The notes: generated from the letters alone by a model not told the origin. A DNA stretch of 62,992 bases, filler included, from Octopus bimaculoides (GCF_001194135.2; 6 parts of 5 records of this genome joined end to end with filler, not necessarily neighbours in it), one strand, 5' to 3'; counted from the whole stretch's first letter, positions 11,831 to 25,570 are shown. Numbers and translations are program-made.

Positions 11831-13078
11831 CTGAAAAACTCTGAGGACTGGATGCTAAAACTTGTCTTAAAATATGAAAGCAAGAAAGCATCTTACTCAG
11901 TAAGAAAACAGGCAAAGGAATATCTAAGTGAATTCCAATTGCAACAAATTCAAGAATTAGACGAACTAGAAACACCTGCAGAAAAAGCTAAGCGCTTGAA
12001 AACCCGTGCTAAAATTGCTGCCTTAGATATTATGACTGAAAAATGGCATGGAAAACCTCTCAATGGCAAATACCCAAAGAGAGCGAATAATGCAGNNNNN
12101 NNNNNNNNNNNNNNNNNNNNNNNNNNNNNNNNNNNNNNNNNNNNNNNNNNNNNNNNNNNNNNNNNNNNNNNNNNNNNNNNNNNNNNNNNNNNNNNNNNNN
12201 NNNNNNNNNNNNNNNNNNNNNNNNNNNNNNNNNNNNNNNNNNNNNNNNNNNNNNNNNNNNNNNNNNNNNNNNNNNNNNNNNNNNNNNNNNNNNNNNNNNN
12301 NNNNNNNNNNNNNNNNNNNNNNNNNNNNNNNNNNNNNNNNNNNNNNNNNNNNNNNNNNNNNNNNNNNNNNNNNNNNNNNNNNNNNNNNNNNNNNNNNNNN
12401 NNNNNNNNNNNNNNNNNNNNNNNNNNNNNNNNNNNNNNNNNNNNNNNNNNNNNNNNNNNNNNNNNNNNNNNNNNNNNNNNNNNNNNNNNNNNNNNNNNNN
12501 NNNNNNNNNNNNNNNNNNNNNNNNNNNNNNNNNNNNNNNNNNNNNNNNNNNNNNNNNNNNNNNNNNNNNNNNNNNNNNNNNNNNNNNNNNNNNNNNNNNN
12601 NNNNNNNNNNNNNNNNNNNNNNNNNNNNNNNNNNNNNNNNNNNNNNNNNNNNNNNNNNNNNNNNNNNNNNNNNNNNNNNNNNNNNNNNNNNNNNNNNNNN
12701 NNNNNNNNNNNNNNNNNNNNNNNNNNNNNNNNNNNNNNNNNNNNNNNNNNNNNNNNNNNNNNNNNNNNNNNNNNNNNNNNNNNNNNNNNNNNNNNNNNNN
12801 NNNNNNNNNNNNNNNNNGCTCATGGGAACTGCCCATATCCTACGTAAAATACTGTCTATGTGATCTCAAATTTTAAAGGAAACACATAATTTTCTTATGG
12901 TTTCTTAAACATTCACTTGAAAAAAACTGTACAAATACAAATATATGGTACCCTAGGCATAACACCTACATGAACTTCTAACTTGTTGTCTCTTGAGGTC
13001 TCTGGGTGAGACTTGGATCCAACTTGTACAAATGCAAAACAAAAGTCAAACATAAAATAATAATAATAATAATAATAA
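11828..13078 (+). mobile_element. 5'-truncated Dong/R4 LINE 3' portion spanning a gap, flanked by (AAT)n at both ends
   Basis: LKNSEDWMLKLVLKYE...WHGKPLNGKYPKRANNA before the gap; LMGTAHILRKILSM* after it; then a 3' UTR and (TAA)n tail at ~13056-13078. (AAT)n at 11769-11828 directly upstream. Confidence 0.9.
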
Positions 13079-13486
13079 AAGTGGCAACAAAAGAATGAGA
13101 CCTCGATATTAGGTAAATAGAGGATTATTTATATATGTATAATTTAGGACAAACAGTAAGTTATCATTATAGTACTCAGAGTTTCGAATTTCGGAACGAA
13201 GAGTTACTATGCATTCTAGTCGGCTATTAATGACAACAGACGCTATGAAAAACCGTTAAATAAAAGGGAAGTAACTCTAATAGGTAGAAAAAAAGAAAAA
13301 AGAAAAAATACAAGCGACCATATTCTCACAATGCATAGACATAAAACCTCCTGCGTTCATAACGTCTACATATGTCCACACTCACACAAACATGTATATG
13401 TACATGCACATATACACACAAACATATGTGGGCATGTACGTACTCATACATACACACATATCCACACACACACACATACATGTATG

Positions 13487-13533
<47 letters not shown>

Positions 13534-14859
13534 ACGCAACTTTCATCCTTATATACACATAGGTGTCTGCAAGCATACGTATATATTTAGACATTTATAC
13601 GTATATATATATATATATATANNNNNNNNNNNNNNNNNNNNNNNNNNNNNNNNNNNNNNNNNNNNTTAATTAATTAANNNNNNNNNNNNNNNNNNNNNNN
13701 NNNNNNNNNNNNNNNNNNNNNTATATATATATGTATATATATATATGTATATATATATATTTCAGCGTACGTACACTTTGTCCTTGACATATAAGTATAC
13801 ATTTTTCTAAATCTTGTACGACTCTATTTCTGTCTATCAGCAGTTTTTACCCTTATTCCTTCATTCCACTCTTCGTTCATTCGTTACCCCTCGCTCACAT
13901 TTCCTTGCCTTCTCTTCTTGCTCACTTTCCTTCCACTTTTCACTTCACTGTGTCCCTGTCATTTTTTCTTTCCCCTCCTTAATTCGTTTCTCTCTCTGCC
14001 TCTACCTCGCTCTCCTCTCTTCCCATGGGACCGCCGTTCGGCCAAGCCTTATCTTTCTTTCTTGGTCGGCCGTTGTGCGTGCAACATCGATATTCCTCCA
14101 TTGCGTACTTTTCATCTACCAATTACTCCAGCGTACTGGAGTTATATAGATAGAATGGGCCATGCCCACCCTAGACCGAAACGCCTGTAAGACTTCGTCC
14201 CTTCTTCGGTCGCTAGATGTCCTTTTGAATTTTGAATTTTTAATTGTTGATATGACATAGTGTGTCATATGTGTTTGTATATTGTCTTTATTGTCCTTTT
14301 GGTTGAAAAATAAACTGATTAATTAACATAGTACAGTGTCTGCAAGTTGATGAGTACCACATGATTCCCTCCATTTTCTTATTGCTATATNNNNNNNNNN
14401 NNNNNNNNNNNNNNNNNNNNNNNNNNNNNNNNNNNNNNNNNNNNNNNNNNNNNNNNNNNNNNNNNNNNNNNNNNNNNNNNNNNNNNNNNNNNNNNNNNNN
14501 NNNNNNNNNNNNNNNNNNNNNNNNNNNNNNNNNNNNNNNNNNNNNNNNNNNNNNNNNNNNNNNNNNNNNNNNNNNNNNNNNNNNNNNNNNNNNNNNNNNN
14601 NNNNNNNNNNNNNNNNNNNNNNNNNNNNNNNNNNNNNNNNNNNNNNNNNNNNNNNNNNNNNNNNNNNNNNNNNNNNNNNNNNNNNNNGTTTTTATGTACG
14701 TATTTGTGTTTTCTTTAATTGATCTGATTTTCTTTAAGGAGATAACGTAAGGTGGGATTTGCTTCGTAACCAGAAGTGTCGAGTACATTTGTAACGTGTT
14801 ATATCGGACACGATTTTTCACTATGTGACATAATGAAGATTAGTTTCTTAAATACATTG

Positions 14860-15180
14860 AAAACGAGATAGCGGCAAAGAGACAGACCCGGGGAAAGAGA
14901 AATGAGTATGAGAGAGATTGGATAACGCGATGTGGAAGGAAAAGCATACACGAGAAAGACAGAATGTGAAGTGAACGATGTACATGTGATGAACAAGAGG
15001 CCGAGAGAGAAAAGGAAGATAAAGAGAGAAAGAAAAAATGTATAGTCAACGAGTGAGAAAGCGAGATAGGAGAGCGAGAGGAAATGGAAGGAATAGTGAG
15101 AGGAGGAGAGGGAGGGAATGAGTAGGTAAGGAGGATGAAGAGCGCCATAAAGAAAGTAAGACTGTCAGAAACATGAAAGA
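14860..15180. repeat. Purine-rich (GA) low-complexity tract
   Basis: Direct reading. Confidence 0.75.
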
Positions 15181-15461
15181 AATCATTGTACTGTAGTTAC
15201 CCTGTGTAGTATTAGTGTATTTATGTGACACTTGAGGAAGATTAGGTGTGACATTTCTAGCCAACCACCGACTAACTGTGCCTTGTGCAATACATTACGT
15301 CCATTAATGAAATATAACCTGGGAGTATTGCAATGAACGGAAATACAATGAGTGAGGAAGCATAAATATTATGCCAGCTCGCAAAATCAACGCTATATTT
15401 GTATTGCATACATATGTACGTCTCTATCTATGTTATTGATAGACGTATATCTATATATGCT

Positions 15462-15509
<48 letters not shown>

Positions 15510-16404
15510 NNNNNNNNNNNNNNNNNNNNNNNNNNNNNNNNNNNNNNNNNNNNNNNNNNNNNNNNNNNNNNNNNNNNNNNNNNNNNNNNNNNNNNNNNNN
15601 NNNNNNNNNNNNNNNNNNNNNNNNNNNNNNNNNNNNNNNNNNNNNNNNNNNNNNNNNNNNNNNNNNNNNNNNNNNNNNNNNNNNNNNNNNNNNNNNNNNN
15701 NNNNNNNNNNNNNNNNNNNNNNNNNNNNNNNNNNNNNNNNNNNNNNNNNNNNNNNNNNNNNNNNNNNNNNNNNNNNNNNNNNNNNNNNNNNNNNNNNNNN
15801 NNNNNNNNNNNNNNNNNNNNNNNNNNNNNNNNNNNNNNNNNNNNNNNNNNNNNNNNNNNNNNNNNNNNNNNNNNNNNNNNNNNNNNNNNNNNNNNNNNNN
15901 NNNNNNNNNNNNNNNNNNNNNNNNNNNNNNNNNNNNNNNNNNNNNNNNNNNNNNNNNNNNNNNNNNNNNNNNNNNNNNNNNNNNNNNNNNNNNNNNNNNN
16001 NNNNNNNNNNNNNNNNNNNNNNNNNNNNNNNNNNNNNNNNNNNNNNNNNNNNNNNNNNNNNNNNNNNNNNNNNNNNNNNNNNNNNNNNNNNNNNNNNNNN
16101 NNNNNNNNNNNNNNNNNNNNNNNNNNNNNNNNNNNNNNNNNNNNNNNNNNNNNNNNNNNNNNNNNNNNNNNNNNNNNNNNNNNNNNNNNNNNNNNNNNNN
16201 NNNNNNNNNNNNNNNNNNNNNNNNNNNNNNNNNNNNNNNNNNNNNNNNNNNNNNNNNNNNNNNNNNNNNNNNNNNNNNNNNNNNNNNNNNNNNNNNNNNN
16301 NNNNNNNNNNNNNNNNNNNNNNNNNNNNNNNNNNNNNNTATCTATCTATCTATCTATCTATCTCTCTATCTATCTATCTATCTATCTACAAACATACACA
16401 CACG

Positions 16405-16458
<54 letters not shown>

Positions 16459-17748
16459 TACGCACAGACACACACACATACGTATATATATAGAGAGAGG
16501 CATAAACCAAATTGTTTTCACAATACTTTCAGCAAGAGACCAGCCTATAATTGATATCTAGTTTTGTATAACCATACTGTTTTCGCAAACGCAGCGATAT
16601 ATTACCTATTGGTTACCTGCCTTCGACCTAATACCATCAGCAAAATGAGCCTAATCAGTTATACTAATGTCACACATATACGAGCGCTAACATTATCAGG
16701 TTCTACACAGGGACTCGATCAGTTTCATAATTATATTATTCATATTCATATGTTTATCAATATATCAACATCGCAATATTATTATAATTGTGATTAACTC
16801 GATGATGGTCTACGTATTATGTAACACTATTCCTGTCCTTTGTTTTTCCAGTTTTTAATCTTAATACTCTTAGTTTGTCACCAGGCATACCATGTTGTTT
16901 TACATGCAATTACTTTTATATCTGATTCTAAAATATTTATGCGCGTGATAAAAGAAACAAATCGCGAGTTATCTGGCTCCAAGGAATTTATCAATATAAA
17001 AAGGAAAGTAACCGTGAATGCAATAAGCGTTGCAATAAACGCTGCAGCGATCGCACAAACTAATGCCTTCTTCAATCTAGAAATACAAATTTGAACATGT
17101 ATTTATGCATGAATGTAAGTATATATATATATATATATGTGTGTACGTATGCATGTACGTACGTATGTAAGTATGTATGTATATATATGTCATGATTTGT
17201 AGGTGTTACCAAGAACAAAATCAGATTACTCAATACATACAGTTGAATAACAGTTATTGATATAGTCTTTATCGATTACACCTTGGTATATACAGTTTCA
17301 TATTCAGAAAATTATTTGGTTACTGAAGAGATGCAAAAATACGCCAATTAGTGTAAATTTTCGTTGCCTTTTTTCAGGAATATCATGACATTTTTGAATG
17401 GTGATCATACTGCTAGGTCTTGCATTATGGGAAAAACTATGACAGTGAAAGTAAATCATCACTTATTATTGAGTTTAGGTTGTGGTACACAGAGTAAGGG
17501 GGGATTTTTGTACCGAATCAAAGGTAGTTCTTTCATCATTGGTCCCACATCAATCCACCACATACCTCTGGTTCCACGTAGCTTTTATTACTTAACAGTA
17601 GCTATGCTCCGGTTTAGTGCTTCGGCATGTCGGATAAATAAGATGAGGATAACCGATGGGTCTTAAATTCAGGATCGTAAATTTATTCTCAGCTTGTGGG
17701 ACTGGGATTTAGAAGATTCAGTAGAAGAGGTCCACGGTAGAAGAGGTC

Positions 17749-18887
17749 ACAATATATTTCAAGAAAGCCGAAATCTTATTCATTAAAGTAAGTACCAATA
17801 CAATCAACACATTTTTGCCAACGAATTACAAGTTTATTTATTCCGGTAACTTAAAAATCTAGAATTCTGGAGCTTATGAGCTCTTTGAAAGGACTTTCAG
17901 CATCGGTTTGATTTTTGAACTCCTTCTCTCGCAGGAAGTCATGAAGTTGCTTGAACAAATGGTAGTCGGTAGGAGAAATGTCTGGGGAATAAGCTGGTTC
18001 CCTCAACTTCTAGCGCGTCATTAGTGGAACATGTGGTAGTGCATTATCATGAAGAATAATTGGCCCTCCTCTGTTAATCAGTCAAGGACGGAGAGGTGAC
18101 AGTTTCTCGTTCGTTTTGGCAATTTCATGGCAATATGTTTGTGCAGTAATGATTTTTCCGGGTTTTAAGAAGTTATAGTGGATGAGTCCAGCAATACACC
18201 ACCAAACATTCACCATAGCCTTCTGTTTGATGAGCTCGTGCTTCGATGCTTCATTTTGGTCCAGCGACTGCGAAGAACGTTTTTTATTATTGCACAGAAT
18301 CCACTTTTCACAGCAAGTTACAATACGGTCGAGAAATGGATCGGTCTGATTATGGAGAAGAAGCGACGAGCAAATTTAATATCTGCGCATTTTCTAATTT
18401 TTATTCAAATCGTGTGGTACCCATTTGTGGAGCTTTTTTGATTTTCCGATCGCATGCAAATGTTTGCAGGCAATTTTCTGGCTAACTTGAAGTTCTTTTG
18501 CCACTTCTCGAGTGATTTTACGTGGATCTTTCTCAATGACGGTCATTAAGGACAGACAGGCGTCCACTGCGCTTACGATCTTCAGGCTCAGGTCTCCACT
18601 GCGAAATTGTTTAAACCAATTTCGAGCTGACCACTTTCAGTTGCTTTACGTCCATTTTGAAGTTCAATAGCAAAATTGCTTGAATATCGTGCTTTCACAG
18701 TTCCATTTCAGATGATTGTAAGAACATTGAAAAAATGTAATGCTAATTTATTGATGCATTTGGGCAAGTCTATGTCTGTATTATCAGATAATAGCAAAAA
18801 AGAAAATAAACAAAATTCAGAACTCTGTAAAAGTCCGGTACAAATTCTTCATGGTTCAAAACGTTACTTAATTTTTACGCAAGCTGA
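17749..18887 (-). mobile_element. Mariner DD34D transposon remnant (Hsmar1/cecropia-like), copy 1; only the right TIR is recognisable
   Basis: Minus strand WVPHDLN...FLDRIVTCCEKWIL...GLIHYNFLKPG...LHDNALPHV. Right end ttcaaaacgttacttaatttttacgcaagctga+TA matches the TIR of copy 2. Confidence 0.88.
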
Positions 18888-21622
18888 TATTTAAAGGAAA
18901 CCTTTGACTGGAGCTATTAATATAATTTCTGCTTCTTTTGAGACAATAGTAGAATGTGATTTAGTGGAGTTTGGACTACCATTTCGAACATGTCGAATGG
19001 CCACTTGTATTTATGTTTTATTTTGATCTTGTGTTTGTTTTGCACCATACTGATCTCAGTCAAAGTGACCAAAGTGTTTCCGCTAGTGCAACTAATAGTA
19101 AACCATTTCCATTTAAGATAGCAGGGTGTGATTTAAAAGAGAGTCTTTATAATTTATTTTACGATCAAGAGTCTACGTTGAGAATCTCTTGTTGGTACGT
19201 AACGTTAATCGTCGCAAATATTTGAATGCCAGTGTGTTAGGACGATGTATATTTGTCTGTATATGCGGGGAACTTAACAATAGAGTTTGATTTCTTGTAG
19301 ATTCTTTTGGCGACAGGCTGCAAGTAGTCTGTATAGTTGATGAGTAAGTCCGGAGATGTGATAATATAAAAGACTTGAACCACTGAATTATGTTTTCCGC
19401 TCTTTACGGACGAAACGAAGTTAATTTGTGCAATTCTATTTCAAAGTTGGAATTAGATCTTTTGATGGGTCAGAAAATAACGTTAATTGCTTCGTAATTC
19501 GCAATATTTTCGTTTGAGATTATAAGTCTTCATTTATAACACTAAGGTTCAGCCTATCATTCCTGCTGCCTTGGCTAGCCCAGATATTGATTTATAAAAT
19601 TATTACCCGTAAGAATAAGCACAAAGCTAATATATTACCGAATCGATCTCCGAGTAGGGAGTTTCTTCTCTATAAAACAATATTCATCGACTCCATTACG
19701 ATTTTGTCATTAAGGAAATCCGGGATAGAAATTTCCAGTAGCTTTTTTTTGGTTTTTGCTAACCAGAATCTATGAATTAACCATAAAATTCCACGGTGAA
19801 ATGCAATGAAGGAATTAGAAACATTTGTTTATTTGTTATTAACACTTCAAATCGATAATAAGTTTTTCTGGATCTGATACGAAAACTAAATTGCGCCAAA
19901 TAGTTCTATAAGTTTTAGAAGAACAAACTACAAAAGAAATAAAAGAATATACATAATCTCGAAGAAGGCAAACTGGGAATGGATGTGCATTGATTTGCAG
20001 AGTTAATGTAACCAAGAACGATATTCTTTATATGATAAACAATGGTGTGAATTTTATACAAAGAATTTAGAGGATGCAACATAAAATCTCCCACACTTGT
20101 TCCACTGTATGTTAGCTATTAAAGTTGGTAACTGCCTTCAAGTAGCTAATGCTTTACCCTTCGTTTTGCAGTTACGAATATGGTTTAGAACGTTACACAC
20201 ATGGGTTTGCTGTGGAAACGTTTGTAAACTGTATGAGGTTTATTTATTTATTTTTACCGCATTCTGTACATAGAACAAATAGTCTTTAGATAACGCTTAA
20301 CTGTTCGGAATAAAAGAAATTCCATGAATGTTTTTAGTTATATATTATTATAGTGTAGAATGCAATGAAGGTTTCATAAACAGAGCAACAGTGTTTCATC
20401 ATAGCTAATAATGCTTCTACTTATAATTGCAGAGTAAACATTCGAAGATAAGAGGTTGCCTATCGTTTGAGAGCCAGATACACTACGTTCCCTCTAGTTC
20501 GAAACATTCGCACTATTTTTAACAAGCGATCATGTGTCAGTAGATTCACCTCTCGTAAATCCAGCTTGTTAAGGTATTCAAGCAAGGGTTTCAGGGGCTG
20601 TATTATGATGCTGATGGAGATGTTACTATTAAATAAGGAGAGAAAATACGAAAATAAATAAGGTGAACCCTGTTCAACTCTCTTTGGTAGAACGGGCAAT
20701 GTTCCAAATAAGTCAGTCATCAGGCACAAGAAAAAAAAAAGAAGTGTTTGAGCATCATTAGGTAAAGATGAATTATGAAATGTTATTTCAAATAAGATTT
20801 ATGATAGCAGGTATCGATTTTGTATGTACTTTTGGAACATGCCCAAAAGATCTATTTGATGACAAAATTCAGGAGGAATAACCTACAACAGTAAATCAGA
20901 TGCGGCAGTGGCTTTTTCAGTAATTGGATTAGGTAATTCGGATAAATATTGATCTCAATCACTTTCATATATGCATGCACACACACAAAGAGTCTCCTCC
21001 CATATATAAATATATATACACACACACACATATATATATNNNNNNNNNNNNNNNNNNNNNNNNNNNNNNNNNNNNNNNNNNNNNNNNNNNNNNNNNNNNN
21101 NNNNNNNNNNNNNNNNNNNNNNNNNNNNNNNNNNNNNNNNNNNNNNNNNNNNNNNNNNNNNNNNNNNNNNNNNNNNNNNNNNNNNNNNNNNNNNNNNNNN
21201 NNNNNNNNNNNNNNNNNNNNNNNNNNNNNNNNNNNNNNNNNNNNNNNNNNNNNNNNNNNNNNNNNNNNNNTATATATATATATATATTTACTTATACATA
21301 TACAAATATACGTGTGTGCTTCTGTGGGTATATTTGTGTTATCTATATGTAGAGATATACACACGCACGCCCAGACACACACATGCATGCGTAAGCATAT
21401 TGTACTAGAGACGTCAAAATCAATGGAAAGGACGACATTTCTGAAATAAAGCTTCTATTGTGGGTATTGGACAATTCAGTGACAAACAATGACTGGTAGT
21501 TTCATCCTTCGGGGATTATTAGATGCCAGTCTTTGTCATGGTGAAGCATTGACGTTTACAATTCCCCCTCTCACACTCTCTCTCTCCTTCTCTCTCTCTC
21601 TCCCCTTCTCTCTCTCCCCCCT

Positions 21623-21654
<32 letters not shown>

Positions 21655-21758
21655 ACTCACACGGTCTCTGTCCCTATTTGTATATATATATATAGGTAGA
21701 TAGATAATGCATACATACATATCTGTATTTATACACACACTCGCACTTCGCACACTGT

Positions 21759-21806
<48 letters not shown>

Positions 21807-22274
21807 TATATATAATGGGAAAGAAAATGAATTGGGAAAGTTGAAATGGAATAGATAGACTCGCCTATTGACAGATTACTAGATACTTAGGTTAGATAAA
21901 TAGACGTATAAATATGATGGCACAGTCTCAAACAAACATAAAGAGATTGTTCCATTGAAACGAAAGCATTTTGATCTTGATAGCTTATTTCTGTACGAGT
22001 CTTAGATTTAAGCATCAGCAATACCCAGTTACCCCTCACACCATACACGACAACAGACAAGTTACACAAAGTTTATTATTGGAATGGAGTGTACAGGAAT
22101 CCGTACATTATCTCGATGACTACGACGACTACACCTTNNNNNNNNNNNNNNNNNNNNNNNNNNNNNNNNNNNNNNNNNNNNTTAATTAATTAANNNNNNN
22201 NNNNNNNNNNNNNNNNNNNNNNNNNNNNNNNNNNNNNTATATATATATATATATATATGTATATGTAAGTATGT

Positions 22275-23549
22275 AAGGGGTTGGACAAAATATTGGAAGC
22301 ACCTTAAAATTTCAAACAGATTTATTTTTATATGGAATAGCACAGCCTTTGGCAGTAATTAAAGCTCGTATTCTACGATGTATGGACTCGTATAAAGTTT
22401 GAATTGTTTCCAAAGGAATTTTTGTCCATTCTTCAGCTAAAACAGTCTCCAGTTCTTGTTGTGATGATGGTGGAAGATAACGACTCCTTACCCGTTTTTC
22501 TAAAATGCACCATAAATATTCAATAATATTGAGATCTGGAGACTGAGGTAGCAGGATAAGATGTTCAACTTCACTAGAATGTTCCTCGTGCCATTCAGTA
22601 ACAATTTTAGCTGTGTGAATTGGTGCATTATCATTCTGAAAGATTGCGTTTCCTTCCAGAAAAATTTCCGCAACCATAGGATGAATTTGATCAGATAAAA
22701 TGCTTAAATAATCTTGACTATTAATTCTGCCATGAAGGGAAACTATTGAGCCGGCGGATTTCCAAGATATAACCCCCTAAATCATCACGGGTCCTCCTCC
22801 ATGTTTAATAGTTGGAATCAAACAGTCTGGGTCAAATGCTTCTTTTGGCTGTCTCCACACGTGTACTCAGCCGGTGGTCGGCAATAAGATAAAGGATGAC
22901 TCGTCCGAGAAAATAACATTCTTCCATTGATCTAGAGACCAATTCTGTAGGTTTTTACTTCACTCTAAACGCTTTGCAACGTTTGTTTTTGAAAGTAGTG
23001 GTTTTCTGGTTGCAGCCCTTCCGTGAAATCTGGCTTTGTGCAGCTTCCGGCGAGCAGTTTTTGTGGAAACTGGGTTCTCGTGGTGGTCATTTAGCTCTGC
23101 AGTAATTTTGGGAGCTGTACTTTTGTGATCCTTTCTAACAATTCGCGTAAGAGTCCGACGGTCCCTATCTGAAAGTTCTGATTTTCTTCCGGCGTTTGGT
23201 TTCAACAAGGAGGTTTTTCCCTTTTTCTCAAAGGCTGTCATTACTTTCGAGACAGTACTTGTTGATGCATTAAACATTTCGGCTGTTTTCGTTACGCAAG
23301 CGCCTGCCATACGAGCACCAACAATTTGACCTCTTTGAAAGTCCGATAGATCAGTCATTTTAATGAATTTTAATTACCTTTTTCTGATGATATCTGAAAA
23401 GACACAGCAGTTTAGCAAAACATATTAAGCAACACTAATAATAAATAAAAATAAACATAAAAATAAACAAGCTTTTGACGGTTTTATAGATATTTCAAAA
23501 TTATGATGCTATAATGCCTAGGTGTTTCTATTATTTCGTCCAACCCCTG
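22275..23549 (-). mobile_element. Full-length Tc1-related transposon with DD36E triad (Incomer-type); transposase 23358-22312 with 3 in-frame stops and no frameshift
   Basis: TIRs aggggttggacaaaatattggaagcacc / ggtgtttctattatttcgtccaacccctg followed by TA. One continuous frame: MTDLSDFQRGQIVG...WKNVIFSDESSF...FQND-(36 aa)-E in SPDLNIIEYLW. Confidence 0.93.
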
Positions 23550-24241
23550 TATATCTATACAGGTCTTTAAGGATATGTGTATGTGTATGTTCGTGCGTGT
23601 GTTTGTGTGCGTGTGAGTAGATAGCATCAGTTTGAATAATAATTGAAGTCACAATGAATTTGATCTTCCCAGTAATTTTCACTNNNNNNNNNNNNNNNNN
23701 NNNNNNNNNNNNNNNNNNNNNNNNNNNNNNNNNNNNNNNNNNNNNNNNNNNNNNNNNNNNNNNNNNNNNNNNNNNNNNNNNNNNNNNNNNNNNNNNNNNN
23801 NNNNNNNNNNNNNNNNNNNNNNNNNNNNNNNNNNNNNNNNNNNNNNNNNNNNNNNNNNNNNNNNNNNNNNNNNNNNNNNNNNNNNNNNNNNNNNNNNNNN
23901 NNNNNNNNNNNNNNNNNNNNNNNNNNNNNNNNNNNNNNNNNNNNNNNNNNNNNNNNNNNNNNNNNNNNNNNNNNNNNNNNNNNNNNNNNNNNNNNNNNNN
24001 NNNNNNNNNNNNNNNNNNNNNNNNNNNNNNNNNNNNNNNNNNNNNNNNNNNNNNNNNNNNNNNNNNNNNNNNNNNNNNNNNNNNNNNNNNNNNNNNNNNN
24101 NNNNNNNNNNNNNNNNNNNNNNNNNNNNNNNNNNNNNNNNNNNNNNNNNNNNNNNNNNNNNNNNNNNNNNNNNNNNNNNNNNNNNNNNNNNNNNNNNNNN
24201 NNNNNNNNNNNNNNNNNNNNNNNNNNNNNNNNNNNNNNNNN

Positions 24242-24279
<38 letters not shown>

Positions 24280-24494
24280 TATTGTATATCTATGTGTGTA
24301 TATGTGTATGCATTTGTATGTGTATGTGTATGTTCGTGCGTGTGTTTGTGTGCGTGTGAGTAGATAGCATCAGTTTGAATAATAATTGAAGTCACAATGA
24401 ATTTGATCTTCCCAGTAATTTTCACTCCACTCTTAGTATAGAGTCACAACGCCAGCCATTGTTCCATTGTTATTCCTAAGCATGCTATACAATA

Positions 24495-25570
24495 TCAGGC
24501 TGAGTAAAAATTAAGCAACGTTTTGAAACATGAAATTCATTACAATATATTTCAACAATGCGGAAATTTTATTCATCAAAGTAAGTACCTTTACAACACA
24601 TTTTTTCCAACAAGCTACAAGTTTGTTTATTCCGGTAACATAAAAATCAGGAGTTCTGGAGCTGATGAACTCTTTGAACGCACTTTCAGTATCGGTTTGA
24701 TTTTTGAACTCCTTATCTCGCAGGAAACCATCAAGATGCTTCAAAAAGTGGAAGTCGTTGGGAGAAAGGTCTGGGGAAAAAGCTGGGAGAGGAAGAACTT
24801 CGTAGCTAATTTCCTTCAACTTCTGGGGCGTCATTAGTGAAACGAGTGGTCGAGCATTGTCATGGAGAATGATTGGCCCTTTTCTGTTGACCAGTCTGGG
24901 ATGGAGAGTAGCAGTTTTTCGTTCATTTTGGCATTTTCATGGCAATATGTTTCTGCGGTAATGGTTTTTCCGGGTTTCAAGAAATTATAGTGAATGAGTC
25001 CAGCAGTACACCACCAAACAGATCTTCACATTTTGTGTGGTACCCATTTGTCGAGCGTTTTTGATTTTCCGATCGCATGCAAATAGTTGCAGGCAGTTTT
25101 CTAGCTAACTTGAAGTTCTTTTGCCAGTTCTCGAGTGGTTTTATGTAGATCTTCCTCAATGACGGTCTATAATTGACTGTCATCGATGACAGATGTGCGT
25201 CCAATACACTCACGATCTTCAAGGCTCAAGCCTCCACTGCGAAATCGTTTAAATCATTTTCGGGCTGACCACTCACTGGTCATTTCCTCACCAAATGTTC
25301 CGTTGATATCGCAAGCAGTTCAGTTGCTTTACGTCCTTTTTGGAAATTGAATAGTAAAATTGCTGGAATAGCGCTTTTTGATTGTTCCATTTTGGATGAT
25401 TGTAACAACGGTGAAAAAATATTAATGTTAATTTATTGATGCATTTGGGCGAGTCCATGTCTGTATCGTCAGACAATTGCAAGAAACATGTTCAAAAAAG
25501 TTCAAAACTGCAAAAATACGGTACAAATTCTTCCTGGTTCAAAACATTGTTTACTTTTCCCTCAACCTGA
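24495..25570 (-). mobile_element. Mariner DD34D transposon (Hsmar1/cecropia-like), copy 2, both TIRs present, internal deletion
   Basis: TIRs tcaggctgagtaaaaattaagcaacgttttgaa / ttcaaaacattgtttacttttccctcaacctga. MEQSKSAIPAILLFNFQKGRKATE start; HD-NARPL...SPDLSPN-D gives 34 aa spacing; FLKHLDGFL...GINKLVACWKKCV. About 180 bp missing relative to copy 1 near 25035. Confidence 0.92.

Noticed and set aside
13666-13677. TTAATTAATTAA islands inside N runs (also 22182, 33486, 45837, 61497)
   Set aside because: Each is exactly 44 N + 12 bp + 44 N = 100 bp and has stops in all six frames. This is an assembly gap marker, not biology.
14150-14220. ccgaaacgc motif with ctagaccgaa/ttcggtcgctag stem
   Set aside because: No CUGANGA core is present. 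Possibly a PLE-derived terminus, but not supportable as a ribozyme.
19340-19420. TTGATGAG...GTCC ... GGACGAAACG hammerhead-like words
   Set aside because: The core is separated from stem II by 4 extra bases and no stems I or III can be formed; likely chance.
20460-20729. ORF containing RVEQGSPYLFS, reminiscent of the LINE RT QG.PLSP motif
   Set aside because: No YADD-type or other RT motif in register; too weak to call.
23585-24423. Identical ~100-bp direct repeat on both sides of the 23684-24241 gap
   Set aside because: A perfect duplication flanking a gap next to microsatellites is most simply an unmerged contig overlap or haplotype artefact.
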